DNA of 64,000 nucleotides from Rhizobium sp. Q54 (GTDB lineage Bacteria > Pseudomonadota > Alphaproteobacteria > Rhizobiales > Aestuariivirgaceae). How positions within the stretch are numbered: the stretch's first letter is position 1; each line of letters starts with the position of its first letter. The stretch lies in the NCBI GenBank assembly GCA_945889445.1, contig CAMDBX010000002.1, forward strand, positions 2,041 through 66,040, written 5' to 3'. The notes under the pieces were generated by a model. The model searched no databases, was not told where the DNA came from, and saw only the letters and a program-made list of their open reading frames with translations. The position numbers and the translations under genes are program-made. Below, piece after piece: positions 36,393-45,656 of the stretch.

Positions 36393-37508
36393 ATGCTCAT
36401 CGGCGTTCCGAAGGAAATCAAGAATCACGAATATCGCGTGGGCATGACGCCCACCTCGGTGAAGGAAGCCGTGCGCCACGGCCATGAGGTGTGGGTGCAG
36501 GCCAATGCCGGTTCCGGCATCGGTGCAACCGACGCCGACTACACCGCTGCCGGCGCCAAGATCATCGCCACCGCGGCAGAGATCTTCGGCAAGGCCGACA
36601 TGATCGTGAAGGTGAAGGAACCGCAGGCCGCCGAGCGCAAGATGCTGCGCCCCGGGCAGATCCTTTACACCTACCTGCACCTAGCGCCCGATCCGGAGCA
36701 GACCAAGGACCTGGTCGCCTCAGGTGCCGTTTGCATCGCCTACGAAACCGTCACCTCGGCGCGCGGCGGCCTGCCGCTGCTGGCCCCGATGAGCCAGGTC
36801 GCGGGCCGCATGTCGGTCCAGTCCGGCGCGCATTGCCTAGAGAAGGCGCAGGGCGGCCTTGGCGTGCTGCTGGGCGGCGTTCCCGGCGTGGCGCCGGGCA
36901 AGGTGGTGATCCTCGGTGGCGGCGTGGTCGGCACCAATGCCGCCGTGGTGGCGCTGGGCATGGGCGCTGACGTGACCATTCTCGAGAAGAACACCGACCG
37001 CATGGAAGAACTGGTCGCCCGCTTCGGCACGGCGATCAAGACGATCTATTCCACGCAGGGTGCGGTGGAAGACGAATGCGCCGCGGCCGACCTCGTGATC
37101 GGCGGCGTGCTGATCCCCGGCGCTGCGGCCCCGAAGCTCGTCACCAAGGCGATGCTGAAGGAGTGGAAGCCGGGCTCGGTGCTCGTCGACGTCGCCATCG
37201 ATCAGGGCGGCTGTGCCGAAACCTCCAAGGCCACCACCCATGCCGAGCCGACCTATGTGGTCGATGGCGTGATCCACTATTGCGTGGCCAACATGCCGGG
37301 CGGCGTTGCCCGCACCTCGACCTATGCGCTCAACAACGTGACGCTTCCCTTCGCCCTGGCCATTGCCAACAAGGGCTGGAAGAAGGCGCTGCTGGACGAC
37401 GCCCACCTGCGCAACGGCCTCAACGTGGCCGATGGCAAGGTGACCTACAAGGCGGTGGCCGACGACCTCGGTTACGCCTACGTGCCGGCGGAAAAGCTGC
37501 TGGCCTGA
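36393..37508 (+). CDS. ald: Alanine dehydrogenase
   Basis: [20 protein letters not shown]..., NAD motif [24 protein letters not shown] precedes the ATG at 36393. Confidence 0.95.
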   Translation: MLIGVPKEIKNHEYRVGMTPTSVKEAVRHGHEVWVQANAGSGIGATDADYTAAGAKIIATAAEIFGKADMIVKVKEPQAAERKMLRPGQILYTYLHLAPDPEQTKDLVASGAVCIAYETVTSARGGLPLLAPMSQVAGRMSVQSGAHCLEKAQGGLGVLLGGVPGVAPGKVVILGGGVVGTNAAVVALGMGADVTILEKNTDRMEELVARFGTAIKTIYSTQGAVEDECAAADLVIGGVLIPGAAAPKLVTKAMLKEWKPGSVLVDVAIDQGGCAETSKATTHAEPTYVVDGVIHYCVANMPGGVARTSTYALNNVTLPFALAIANKGWKKALLDDAHLRNGLNVADGKVTYKAVADDLGYAYVPAEKLLA

Positions 37509-37534
37509 GCCTGGCTCACGATCTGAACGACGAG

Positions 37535-37565
37535 ACGCCCGGTGCAAGCCGGGCGTTTTGTTTTC
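37535..37565 (+). terminator. Rho-independent terminator of ald
   Basis: Stem ACGCCCGG/CCGGGCGT (8 bp) with a 6-nt loop, followed by TTTGTTTTC. Confidence 0.75.
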
Positions 37566-37580
37566 TCGCCTCCCGCTGCC

Positions 37581-37767
37581 GTCACCCCAGCGAAAGCTGG
37601 GGCCCAGCTTCGGGTCTGCAAGGACACCCTATAAAAGCGACCAGAAAGTCCTTGGAGGCCATTTCTTGTGTTTAGGCTAGTAGGGTAGCCTGAGAAATTC
37701 CTGCCAAAAACAATCGTTACAACTTCTCTAAAATCCAAAGCTGGGCACCAGCTTTCGCTGGGGAGAC
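37581..37767. repeat. MITE/RIME-like element: ~30-bp imperfect terminal inverted repeats around a 127-bp AT-richer core
   Basis: 37585-37610 CCCCAGCGAAAGCTGGGGCCCAGCTT is the reverse complement of 37738-37763 AAGCTGGGCACCAGCTTTCGCTGGGG with 1 mismatch. The arms extend to about 30 nt with 2 mismatches. Each arm holds its own hairpin (CCCCAGC-gaaa-GCTGGGG). Confidence 0.5.
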
Positions 37768-37807
37768 GAAGTCGCTGGGGCGCGCGCCCTGCCCATCACC
37801 TCACCTT

Positions 37808-37873
37808 GCGCGGACTTGATCCGCGCATCCCCTTTGGCCTCGGCAAAAAGGACCCCCGGGTCGAGCCCGGGGG
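37808..37873. repeat. GC-rich palindromic hairpin units (REP-like)
   Basis: GCGCGGA-cttga-TCCGCGC at 37808-37826 and CCCCCGGG-tcgag-CCCGGGGG at 37853-37873. The translated shadow (..GLDPGV..IKSAQGEV) resembles those of common alphaproteobacterial intergenic repeats. Confidence 0.4.
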
Positions 37874-37916
37874 AGGTGAACTCTGGAATTGCGGACGCTT
37901 CAACGACCCCCGAAAC

Positions 37917-37944
37917 GCAAAAAGCCAGCCCCGAGGCTGGCTTC
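37917..37944 (-). terminator. Rho-independent terminator of rpmF
   Basis: On the minus strand: AAGCCAGCC-tcgg-GGCTGGCTT followed by TTTGCG. It sits 26 nt downstream of the rpmF stop. Confidence 0.7.
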
Positions 37945-37969
37945 AAAGCGTCAGCGGTGACGGAAGGGC

Positions 37970-38155
37970 TTAGCCTTCGGCCTTCACCGTGAGAACCTGA
38001 CGGCCCTTGTAGAGGCCGGTCTTCAGGTCGATGTGGTGGGGGCGGCGAAGCTCGCCCGACTTCTTGTCCTCGACCCAGGTCACGGTCTGCTCATGGTGGC
38101 CCGAACGGCGCATGCCGATACGGCTCTTGGACATCTTCTTGCGTGGAACGGCCAT
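37970..38155 (-). CDS. rpmF: 50S ribosomal protein L32
   Basis: [20 protein letters not shown]...[23 protein letters not shown] is the canonical L32 sequence. ATG at 38155. Confidence 0.95.
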   Translation of the reverse strand: MAVPRKKMSKSRIGMRRSGHHEQTVTWVEDKKSGELRRPHHIDLKTGLYKGRQVLTVKAEG

Positions 38156-38223
38156 TTGAAACTCCATAGGAAAAGGCGCCGGGAACGGCCCACGCCCTTC
38201 AGTTGGGGGCCTAATAACCCAGA

Positions 38224-39039
38224 CTAGCGCTCAAGGCAAGTCAGATAGGGGCCCATGCCAGCCATGCGGATGAGAATCCGGTTGGCGACGCCGCGCACCC
38301 CCTTGGACGGCTTGCCGGCATTGCGCTTGATCGGGTTCGGCAGCACCGCCGCCAACAGGGCTGCTTCCTTTTTCGTGAGCTTTTTCGCAGGCTTACGGAA
38401 ATGATGCTGGGCTGCAGCCTCGGCTCCGTAAACCCCCGGTGCCCACTCGACGATGTTGAGGTAGATTTCGATCATCCGGCGTTTGGACCAGATCAGGTCC
38501 ATCCACAGGGCGAGCGGCATCTCGATCAGCTTGCGGATGGCAAAGCGACCGTCCCACAGGAACAGATTCTTGGCCGTCTGCATGGGAATCGTCGAGGCGC
38601 CGCGGACCGGCGCCTCGTCCTTGTCCATGGCGTCCTCGATCACCCCCTGGAACTCGATCCAGTCGACGCCGCTGTGCTCGCAGAAGCGGGCATCCTCGGA
38701 GGAGATGACGGCGCGGGGAAGCGCGGGAGACATGTCATCCAGGCTCACCCATTGCTTGTCGATGCCGTTGCCCGACAAGGCCCGCAGAAGCATGATGTTG
38801 GAAAAGGGCGGCGGCACCACGGCATAGACCAGCGTCATGACGATGGGCCAGGCAACCAGGAAGCCCAGCACATAGACGCCCCAGCGCAGCCAGCGGTTCT
38901 TCGGGAGACGACTTTTCAGGGACCGGCGCATGGGTGGAGGTGGCTCAGGCTCGGCATCGTCCGACGGGGCGCCCTCCGCTTCCACGGTGTGGAGCGGTTC
39001 CGCTGTCTGAACGGCTGCTGGTTGAGTTTCTTCGGCCAT
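38224..39039 (-). CDS. mtgA: Monofunctional biosynthetic peptidoglycan transglycosylase
   Basis: GT51 motifs: [45 protein letters not shown] and [18 protein letters not shown]-terminal TM anchor. ATG at 39039. Confidence 0.9.
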   Translation of the reverse strand: MAEETQPAAVQTAEPLHTVEAEGAPSDDAEPEPPPPMRRSLKSRLPKNRWLRWGVYVLGFLVAWPIVMTLVYAVVPPPFSNIMLLRALSGNGIDKQWVSLDDMSPALPRAVISSEDARFCEHSGVDWIEFQGVIEDAMDKDEAPVRGASTIPMQTAKNLFLWDGRFAIRKLIEMPLALWMDLIWSKRRMIEIYLNIVEWAPGVYGAEAAAQHHFRKPAKKLTKKEAALLAAVLPNPIKRNAGKPSKGVRGVANRILIRMAGMGPYLTCLER

Positions 39040-39078
39040 GACCCTAATCAGAAGCGGCCTTAGCACAGGAATTTCGCC

Positions 39079-39957
39079 TTGTCCTTCCAGGATGCCCTCG
39101 CCCGCTGCGCCACCGAAACCGATGCCCTGCTCGACCGGTTGCTGCCCATCGACGCCTTCCCTGCCCCGCGGGTGACCGAGGCCATGCGCTATTCAGCGCT
39201 TGGCCAGGGCAAGCGGCTGAGGCCCTTCCTGGTGGTCGAATCGGCAGCTCTGTTCGGCGTGCCGCGCGATCGGGCACTCCGGACGGGTGCGGCACTGGAA
39301 TGCGTACACTGCTATTCGCTGGTGCATGACGACCTGCCCGCCATGGACGACGACGACCTGCGCCGCGGCAAGCCCACCGCCCACAAGGCCTTCGACGAGG
39401 CGACCGCCATCCTCGCCGGGGACGCCCTGCTGACCTATGCCTTCGAGATCCTGGCCGATGAGGCCACCCACCCCGATGCAGCCATCCGCATGGCTCTCGT
39501 GTCGAAACTCGCCAAGGCCGCAGGCGTTGCCGGCATGGTGGGCGGCCAGATGCTGGACATCGAGGCCGAGACGCAGAATGCCGCGGAGCTCGCGCACATC
39601 GGGCTTATCCAGTCACTGAAGACGGGCGCGCTGTTCCGCTATGCCTGCGAAGCGGGCGCGATCCTGGGACAGGCCGACCCCGCCCCACTCATCCGCTATG
39701 CCCAGAAAATCGGCCTCGCCTTCCAGATCGCTGATGACATTCTCGACGTCGAGTCGACGCCCGAGGCTCTGGGCAAGGCGACGCAGAAGGACAAGGCCAT
39801 GGGCAAGGCCACCTTCGTGGACCTGCTGGGAATGGACGAGGCCAAGAGGCGGGCGGCAGAGCTGGTGGACGAGGCGGTGGAGAGTTTGGCTGGCTACGGC
39901 AACAAGGCCCGCGTGCTGAACGAAGCGGCGCGGTTCATCGTGGAGAGACGGAAGTAG
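39079..39957 (+). CDS. ispA: (2E,6E)-farnesyl diphosphate synthase / polyprenyl synthetase
   Basis: 292 aa. First DDxxD region LVHDDLPAMDDDDLRRGKPT and second FQIADDILD. TTG start. Confidence 0.85.
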   Translation: MSFQDALARCATETDALLDRLLPIDAFPAPRVTEAMRYSALGQGKRLRPFLVVESAALFGVPRDRALRTGAALECVHCYSLVHDDLPAMDDDDLRRGKPTAHKAFDEATAILAGDALLTYAFEILADEATHPDAAIRMALVSKLAKAAGVAGMVGGQMLDIEAETQNAAELAHIGLIQSLKTGALFRYACEAGAILGQADPAPLIRYAQKIGLAFQIADDILDVESTPEALGKATQKDKAMGKATFVDLLGMDEAKRRAAELVDEAVESLAGYGNKARVLNEAARFIVERRK

Positions 39958-39962
39958 CACGG

Positions 39963-39992
39963 CGTCTTCTCCCGCTTCCGCGGGAGAAGACG
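39963..39992. terminator. Strong GC hairpin between convergent ispA and ispG
   Basis: 13-bp perfect stem CGTCTTCTCCCGC/GCGGGAGAAGACG with loop TTCC. No U-tract on either side, so its terminator function is uncertain. Confidence 0.5.
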
Positions 39993-39993
39993 T

Positions 39994-41220
39994 CTAGTGA
40001 CCCCAGCGGCCCTTCACATAGTCTTCAACGATCGCCTGGAACTGCTGCGAGATGTCTTCGCCGCGCAGCGTCATGGCCTTCTTGCCGTCGATGAAGATCG
40101 GAGCTGCAGGCAATTCGCCCGTGCCGGGGAGCGAGATGCCGATGTCGGCGTGCTTTGACTCGCCGGGGCCGTTGACGATGCATCCCATGACGGCAAGCGA
40201 CAGCGTCTCGAAGCCCGGATAGTCGCGCTGCCAGTCGGGCATGCGGTTGCGGACGTAGGACTGAATGTCCTGCGCCAGTTCCTGGAAGGTAGTGGAGGTG
40301 GTGCGGCCGCAGCCGGGGCAGGCAATGACCATCGGTGCGAAGCTGCGGATGCCCATTGTCTGCAGGATTTCCTGTGCCACGATCACCTCTCGGCTACGGT
40401 CACCGCCGGGCTCCGGCGTGAGCGAGATGCGGATCGTATCGCCAATGCCTTCCTGCAACAGCACGCCGAGTGCGGCCGTCGAGGCGACGATGCCCTTGGA
40501 GCCCATGCCGGCCTCGGTGAGGCCCAGATGCAGTGCGAAGTCGCAGCGTGATGCGAGGGAGCGATAGACAGCGATCAGGTCCTGCACCTCGGAGCACTTG
40601 GCTGAGATCAGGATCTTGTCCTTCGCGAGACCCAGTTCCACCGCGCGCGCCGCGGACATGAGGCCGGACTGCACAACCGCCTCGTGCATCACCTCGCGCA
40701 CGTCCATCGGCTCGGCGGACTTGGCGTTCTGGTCCATGAGTTCGGTCAGCAGCGCATTGTCGAGCGAGCCCCAGTTGACGCCGATGCGCACCGGGCGGTC
40801 AAACTTCATCGCCGTCTCGACCATCATCGAGAAGTTGCGGTCCTTCTTCTCCCTGAAGCCGACATTGCCGGGGTTGATGCGGTATTTGGCCAGCGCCTCG
40901 GCACAGGCCGGGTGGTCGTTCAGCAGGGTGTGGCCATTATAGTGGAAGTCGCCGACGAGCGGCACGTTGACGCCCATGCGGTCCAACATATCGCGGATGT
41001 GGGGGACGGCCTTGGCGGACTCCTCACGGTCGACCGTGATGCGCACCAACTCCGAGCCGGCGCGGGCGAGTGCCGCAGTCTGCTGGGCGGTGCCCTCGGC
41101 ATCGGCCGTGTCGGTGTTGGTCATGGACTGGACGACGATGGGGGCAGCGCCGCCCACCGTGATGTGGCCCACCTTGACGGGGATGGATTTGCGGCGGTTC
41201 TTGATCGCGGAATAGCTCAT
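39994..41220 (-). CDS. ispG: 4-hydroxy-3-methylbut-2-en-1-yl diphosphate synthase
   Basis: 408 aa. [25 protein letters not shown] and the CPGCGRTTS cluster motif. Confidence 0.95.
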   Translation of the reverse strand: MSYSAIKNRRKSIPVKVGHITVGGAAPIVVQSMTNTDTADAEGTAQQTAALARAGSELVRITVDREESAKAVPHIRDMLDRMGVNVPLVGDFHYNGHTLLNDHPACAEALAKYRINPGNVGFREKKDRNFSMMVETAMKFDRPVRIGVNWGSLDNALLTELMDQNAKSAEPMDVREVMHEAVVQSGLMSAARAVELGLAKDKILISAKCSEVQDLIAVYRSLASRCDFALHLGLTEAGMGSKGIVASTAALGVLLQEGIGDTIRISLTPEPGGDRSREVIVAQEILQTMGIRSFAPMVIACPGCGRTTSTTFQELAQDIQSYVRNRMPDWQRDYPGFETLSLAVMGCIVNGPGESKHADIGISLPGTGELPAAPIFIDGKKAMTLRGEDISQQFQAIVEDYVKGRWGH

Positions 41221-41225
41221 GGGTG

Positions 41226-42026
41226 TTAACTGGCCTGTGGACGAAGCAAGGTCAAGACGAAGAGCAGGCCCGCCGAAAGGACGATGGCCGGCCCGGTGAT
41301 CGCATTGGCGAATGCGGAGAGTGCGAGCCCCATCACCACCGCCACGCAGGCGATGGCGGCCGAGACCAGCGCCATGGCCTCCGGGCTGTTGGTCAGGCGG
41401 CGGGCGGCGGCGGCGGGAATCACCAGAAGTGCGGTGATCAGCAGCAGGCCGACGATCTTCATCGAGATCGCCGTCATCAGCGCGATCAGCAGCACGAAGC
41501 CCAGTTCGACGCGCCTGACCTTGATGCCCTCCGCCTGGGCCAGCTCCTCATGCACCGACATGGCGATCAGGTCGCGCCACAGGAAGCCGAGGATCAGCAG
41601 CACGGCCGCACCACCCACCCAGACGACGGAGACATCCTTCCAGCTGACCGTGAGGATGTCTCCGAAGAGGAGGTCCATATGGTCGCCGGCGGAGCCGGTG
41701 ACAAAGCCCACGGTAACGATGCCGAGCGCCAGCGAGGTGTGCGACAGGATGCCAAGCAACGTGTCGGTGGCCAGTATGCGCTGGCTCTTCATCAGCATCA
41801 GCAGCAGGGCCACGGCCACGCCGGAAGCCACCGCACCGAGCGTGAGACTGAAGCCAAGCAGCAGGCCGAGGCCGACGCCGAAGAGCCCTGAGTGCGCCAG
41901 CGTCTCGCCGAAATAGGCCATGCGGCGCCACACGATGAAGCAGCCGACGGGGCCCGCCACCGACGCAATTGCGAGGCCCGCGAGAAGGGCGCGCTGGAAG
42001 AAGGGCTGGGTGAGGATATCAAGCAC
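41226..42026 (-). CDS. znuB: Zinc ABC transporter permease
   Basis: 266-aa ABC-3 family membrane protein, directly downstream of znuC and zur. Confidence 0.85.
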   Translation of the reverse strand: MLDILTQPFFQRALLAGLAIASVAGPVGCFIVWRRMAYFGETLAHSGLFGVGLGLLLGFSLTLGAVASGVAVALLLMLMKSQRILATDTLLGILSHTSLALGIVTVGFVTGSAGDHMDLLFGDILTVSWKDVSVVWVGGAAVLLILGFLWRDLIAMSVHEELAQAEGIKVRRVELGFVLLIALMTAISMKIVGLLLITALLVIPAAAARRLTNSPEAMALVSAAIACVAVVMGLALSAFANAITGPAIVLSAGLLFVLTLLRPQAS

Positions 42027-42031
42027 AGGCG

Positions 42032-42802
42032 TCAGTGCCGGTGATCGTGGTTGTGATGGTCATGGCCGCAATCATGGCTTTCATGGTCGTGATCATGGTG
42101 GTGGGTGTAGGCGGCGATCATGCGCGCCGCAGAAGGTCCGAAGAGCTTGGCGAACTCCGGGTCCTGCTGCACCTTGGTGGGGCCGCCCTCGCAGCACACA
42201 TGGCCATTCAGGCAGACGACGTGGTCGCTCTCCGCCATCACCATGTGCAGGTCATGGCTGACCATGAGGATGCCGCAGCCATGGCGCTTGCGGACATCGG
42301 AAATCAACTCGTACATGCGCGCCTCGCCGAGGAAGTCGACGGCCTGCACCGGCTCGTCAAGAACCAGCAGTTCGGGCTTGCGCAGCAGCGCGCGGGCCAG
42401 CAATGCGCGTTGCAGCTCGCCGCCGGAGAGCCTTGCAACATTGGCGTCCTTCAGGTGCGAAATGCCGGTCTCGGCCAGCGCCTCGTCGATCTCGCTCTCG
42501 GTGGGCTTCAATGTCAGCGACAGCAGGCGGCGCACGTCCAGCGGAACATTGGAGGTGAGCGGGAAGCGTTGCGGCACATAGCCGATGCGCAGGGACTTGG
42601 AACGAATGATCTCGCCCGAGGTGAGCGGCTGCAGGCCCAGAAGGCAGCGCACGAGCGTCGACTTGCCCGCACCATTGGGTCCGATCACCGTGACGATCTC
42701 GTTGGGGCGCACGTCGAGGTTCACCTTGTCCAGGATGGTGCGGCCGCCGATGGTGAGCGTTGCGTCTCGCGCGCTGAGGATGGCATTGGTCACTTTCAGC
42801 AT
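42032..42802 (-). CDS. znuC: Zinc ABC transporter ATP-binding protein with His/Asp-rich C-terminal tail
   Basis: The ATG at 42802 shares a base with the zur stop (TGATG). Walker A GPNGAGKST and signature LSGGELQR. The tail reads YTHHHDHDHESHDCGHDHHNHDHRH. Confidence 0.85.
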   Translation of the reverse strand: MLKVTNAILSARDATLTIGGRTILDKVNLDVRPNEIVTVIGPNGAGKSTLVRCLLGLQPLTSGEIIRSKSLRIGYVPQRFPLTSNVPLDVRRLLSLTLKPTESEIDEALAETGISHLKDANVARLSGGELQRALLARALLRKPELLVLDEPVQAVDFLGEARMYELISDVRKRHGCGILMVSHDLHMVMAESDHVVCLNGHVCCEGGPTKVQQDPEFAKLFGPSAARMIAAYTHHHDHDHESHDCGHDHHNHDHRH

Positions 42803-43275
42803 CAGGCAATCTCCCCGCAGGCGGCACACAGGCCGGTGAGTTCCACGACGCTGCGATGCACGGCGAAGCCCTGCGACTTGGCGGCGGATTGCAGCGCCTC
42901 GAACATCTCCGGCGCATCGAGTTCGGCGACAAGGCCGCATTTCTCGCAGACCAGCATGGCGGCGGGCTTCCCCTCATGCGGGTGGGTGCAGGCGATGAAG
43001 GCGTTTCGGCTCTCGATCTTGTGGACGAGGCCATGTGCCTCGAGGAAATCCAGCGCGCGGTAGACGGTGATCGGTGCTGGCCGGGGCCCATGGCCCGCCA
43101 TGCGCTCGATGATGTCATAGGCCCCCACCGCCGAGTGGCTTTCCGCCACGCAGTTCAGCACGTCACGGCGCTGGCCGGTGAGGCGAGAGCCCCTCCGCTC
43201 GCAGGTGCGCTCGGCACGCGCCAGAAGTTCCGCGGTGCAATTCTCATGGTCGTGGTGTGGCACGGGGAATGACAT
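42802..43275 (-). CDS. zur: Fur-family zinc uptake regulator
   Basis: 157 aa from the ATG at 43275 (MSFPVPHHDHENC...). Fur-fold HTH and CxxC pairs (CEKCG, CAACG). It heads the znuCB string. Confidence 0.85.
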   Translation of the reverse strand: MSFPVPHHDHENCTAELLARAERTCERRGSRLTGQRRDVLNCVAESHSAVGAYDIIERMAGHGPRPAPITVYRALDFLEAHGLVHKIESRNAFIACTHPHEGKPAAMLVCEKCGLVAELDAPEMFEALQSAAKSQGFAVHRSVVELTGLCAACGEIA

Positions 43276-43277
43276 GA

Positions 43278-43294
43278 ACGTTATAATATAACAT
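43278..43294. promoter_or_regulatory. Candidate Zur box (palindrome GTTATA-a-TATAAC) containing a TATAAT hexamer
   Basis: AACGTTATAATATAACA with a perfect 6-bp-arm core at 43280-43292. It matches the GTTAT..ATAAC-type alphaproteobacterial Zur core as I recall it. It sits 2 nt from the zur ATG and 57 nt from the cupin ATG. Confidence 0.55.
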
Positions 43295-43351
43295 GCTTGC
43301 GGCAAGTTCCAGTTCCATCCACCATGGTTTTGCAATTTCAGGAGTGCAGCC

Positions 43352-43645
43352 ATGACCGACCACACCCACGGAACCGCAAAGGCCACGGTTTTCATCGAGA
43401 ATGACCGGGTGATCGTCACCGAATACCGCTTTGCCCCCGGCGCCAACACCGGCTGGCACAAGCATGGCCACGACTATGTGGTGGTGCCGCTGATGGACGG
43501 GAAGGTGCGCCTCGAGACCCCCACCGGGCCCGCCCATGCCGAGATGAAGGCAGGTGTTCCCTATTTCCGCCACGCCGGGGTCGAGCATGACGTGATCAAC
43601 GCCAACGACACCGAATATGCCTTCATCGAAATCGAGTTGAAGTGA
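43352..43645 (+). CDS. Small cupin-domain protein
   Basis: 97 aa. GWHKHGHDYVVVPL and HAGVEHDVIN fit the two cupin motifs. An AGGAG SD is present. Confidence 0.75.
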   Translation: MTDHTHGTAKATVFIENDRVIVTEYRFAPGANTGWHKHGHDYVVVPLMDGKVRLETPTGPAHAEMKAGVPYFRHAGVEHDVINANDTEYAFIEIELK

Positions 43646-44730
43646 AGTTCCTGGTTCTCAATGCGGGCTCGTCCTCACTCAAGTTCGCGGTTTTCAACGG
43701 CGAACTGAAGATGCTGCTGAAGGGGCAGGTTTCCGGCATCGGCTCGAAGCCGCGCCTCGATGTGGAGGGCCATCCCGGCCACGAGGTGCCGTACGTGACG
43801 AGCCCCAGCGAGGGCCTGCTGGTCGCTGCCGAGTGGCTGGCGGACAATGGCCATGAGCCTGCGCAGTTCAACGGCATCGGGCACCGCATTGTGCATGGCG
43901 GCACGCAATATGTGAATCCGGTCGCCGTCAACGACCAGATCCAGAAGGATCTGGACGCGATGCGACAGCTGGCGCCGCTGCACCTGCCCTTCGGGCTGGG
44001 GGTTCTGCGCGAGATGCGGCGCGTGGCACCGGAGGTGCCGAACATCGCCTGCTTCGACACCGCCTTTCACGCCACGCAGCCGGAGCTCGCCACCAGGCTC
44101 CCGATCCCGCGCCGCTATTTCGATAAGGGCTACCGGCGCTATGGGTTCCACGGGCTCAACTACCAGCACGTGGTGGAGGCGCTGCCGCATGTCTCCGGCA
44201 AGCCGCTGCCGCGGCGGCTGCTTGCGGCACATCTGGGTTCGGGCGCCTCGATGTGCGCGATCTTCGATGGCAAGAGTGTAGCTACCACAATGGTCTTCTC
44301 GACAGCGGACGGCCTTGTGATGGGCACGCGCACCGGCTCGATCGACCCCGGCGTTCTGGTCGCTCTCATGCGCGACGAACACATGGACCTCGAGCAACTC
44401 GAGGACCTCCTGTATCGCAAGAGCGGGCTGCTCGGCCTTTCCGGCATATCGCCGGACATGCGCGTGCTGCTGGCCAGCGACCGCACCGAGGCGAGCGAGG
44501 CGGTGGACTACTACTGCTATTCCGCCGCGCGCCATGCGGCTTCACTGGTACCGGCCTTGGGCGGTGTTGATGCCATGGTATTCACCGGCGGCGTGGGCGA
44601 GAATGCCGGTGCCGTGCGGGCCCGCATCATGGGCCACCTCAAGTGGCTGGGGATCGGGCCGGAGAATGTCTATGTCGTTCCCGCCAACGAGGAACTGACC
44701 ATCGCGCGCGGCGTCAAGGAACTGGTCTAG
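43642..44730 (+). CDS. ackA: Acetate/propionate-family kinase
   Basis: The GTG at 43642 overlaps the cupin stop (GTGA). [23 protein letters not shown] and [13 protein letters not shown] are present. At 362 aa it is shorter than typical AckA. Confidence 0.85.
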   Translation: MKFLVLNAGSSSLKFAVFNGELKMLLKGQVSGIGSKPRLDVEGHPGHEVPYVTSPSEGLLVAAEWLADNGHEPAQFNGIGHRIVHGGTQYVNPVAVNDQIQKDLDAMRQLAPLHLPFGLGVLREMRRVAPEVPNIACFDTAFHATQPELATRLPIPRRYFDKGYRRYGFHGLNYQHVVEALPHVSGKPLPRRLLAAHLGSGASMCAIFDGKSVATTMVFSTADGLVMGTRTGSIDPGVLVALMRDEHMDLEQLEDLLYRKSGLLGLSGISPDMRVLLASDRTEASEAVDYYCYSAARHAASLVPALGGVDAMVFTGGVGENAGAVRARIMGHLKWLGIGPENVYVVPANEELTIARGVKELV

Positions 44731-45629
44731 CTCATCGCCAGCAGCAGCGAGCCAGTGGCGACGATGTCATCCACCGTTGCACCACGCGACAGGTCCGACA
44801 CTGGCCTGGCGAACCCCTGCAGCACAGGGCCCATGGCCTGCGCGCCCGCCAGATACTGCGTGAGCTTGTAGGCGATGTTGCCGGCATCGAGGTCCGGGAA
44901 GACGAGCACATTCGCGCGACCCGCCACTTCGCCGGGTTCCTTCAGCTTCTTCGCCGCAACCGCAGGCGACAGCGCCGCATCGCCCTGCAACTCGCCGTCG
45001 ATCTTGAGGTGTGGCGACTTCGCACGGGCGATGCGCAGCGCCTCGATCACCTTGTCGGCATCCGGATGGCTGCCGCTGCCCTTGGTGGAGAAGGATAGCA
45101 GCGCCACGCGCGGTTCCTCGCCAAGAAAGAGCGCTGCACTTGCCGCCGACGCGATGGCGATGTCGGCGAGTTCGGCCGCATTCGGCTGGATGTTGACGCC
45201 GCAGTCGGCGAAGACCAGCCGCCGGTCCGGCCATTGCATGAGGAAGAAGCTCGATGGCGTTTCGATTCCCACCGCCGGGCCGATCGTCATCAGCGCCGCC
45301 TCGATGACGCGCGCCGTGGGGTTGGCAGCACCCGCCAGCATGGCATTGGCCTCGCCGGCAGCAACGGCAGCACCGGCACGGTAAAGCGGCTTCTTGAGGA
45401 GCCGCATCGCCATGGCCTCGGACATCTTCTCGCGCCGGGACTGCACAAGGGCGACATGCGCCACTGTCGCAGCCGGCACATCGTCAGGGCCGAAGACAAT
45501 GGCCTCGGCGAGGCCTTCGCGGCGAAAGCGCTCGGCAGCGGCCCTGATCCGCTCGTCATCGCCCTCTGGCATCACAAGTTTCAGACCTCTGCCCTTGATT
45601 TTGGCCTTGGCTTCGTCAATCACGCTCAT
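44727..45629 (-). CDS. Phosphate acetyl/butyryl-transferase (short, catalytic-domain-only Pta type)
   Basis: 300 aa. [21 protein letters not shown] and [14 protein letters not shown] are typical of the PTA_PTB domain. Confidence 0.8.
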   Translation of the reverse strand: MSVIDEAKAKIKGRGLKLVMPEGDDERIRAAAERFRREGLAEAIVFGPDDVPAATVAHVALVQSRREKMSEAMAMRLLKKPLYRAGAAVAAGEANAMLAGAANPTARVIEAALMTIGPAVGIETPSSFFLMQWPDRRLVFADCGVNIQPNAAELADIAIASAASAALFLGEEPRVALLSFSTKGSGSHPDADKVIEALRIARAKSPHLKIDGELQGDAALSPAVAAKKLKEPGEVAGRANVLVFPDLDAGNIAYKLTQYLAGAQAMGPVLQGFARPVSDLSRGATVDDIVATGSLLLAMS

Positions 45630-45656
45630 CGGAACTCTCTTTTTCAGAAGGCGGCC

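Noticed and set aside
37728-37946. 72-aa minus-strand ORF (and neighbouring small ORFs) across the ald-rpmF spacer.
   Set aside because: It is made entirely of the palindromic repeat units. The peptide (..GLDPGVLFAEAKGDARIKSAQGEV..) is the kind of artefactual translation these repeats give. There is no SD, and it overlaps the rpmF terminator.
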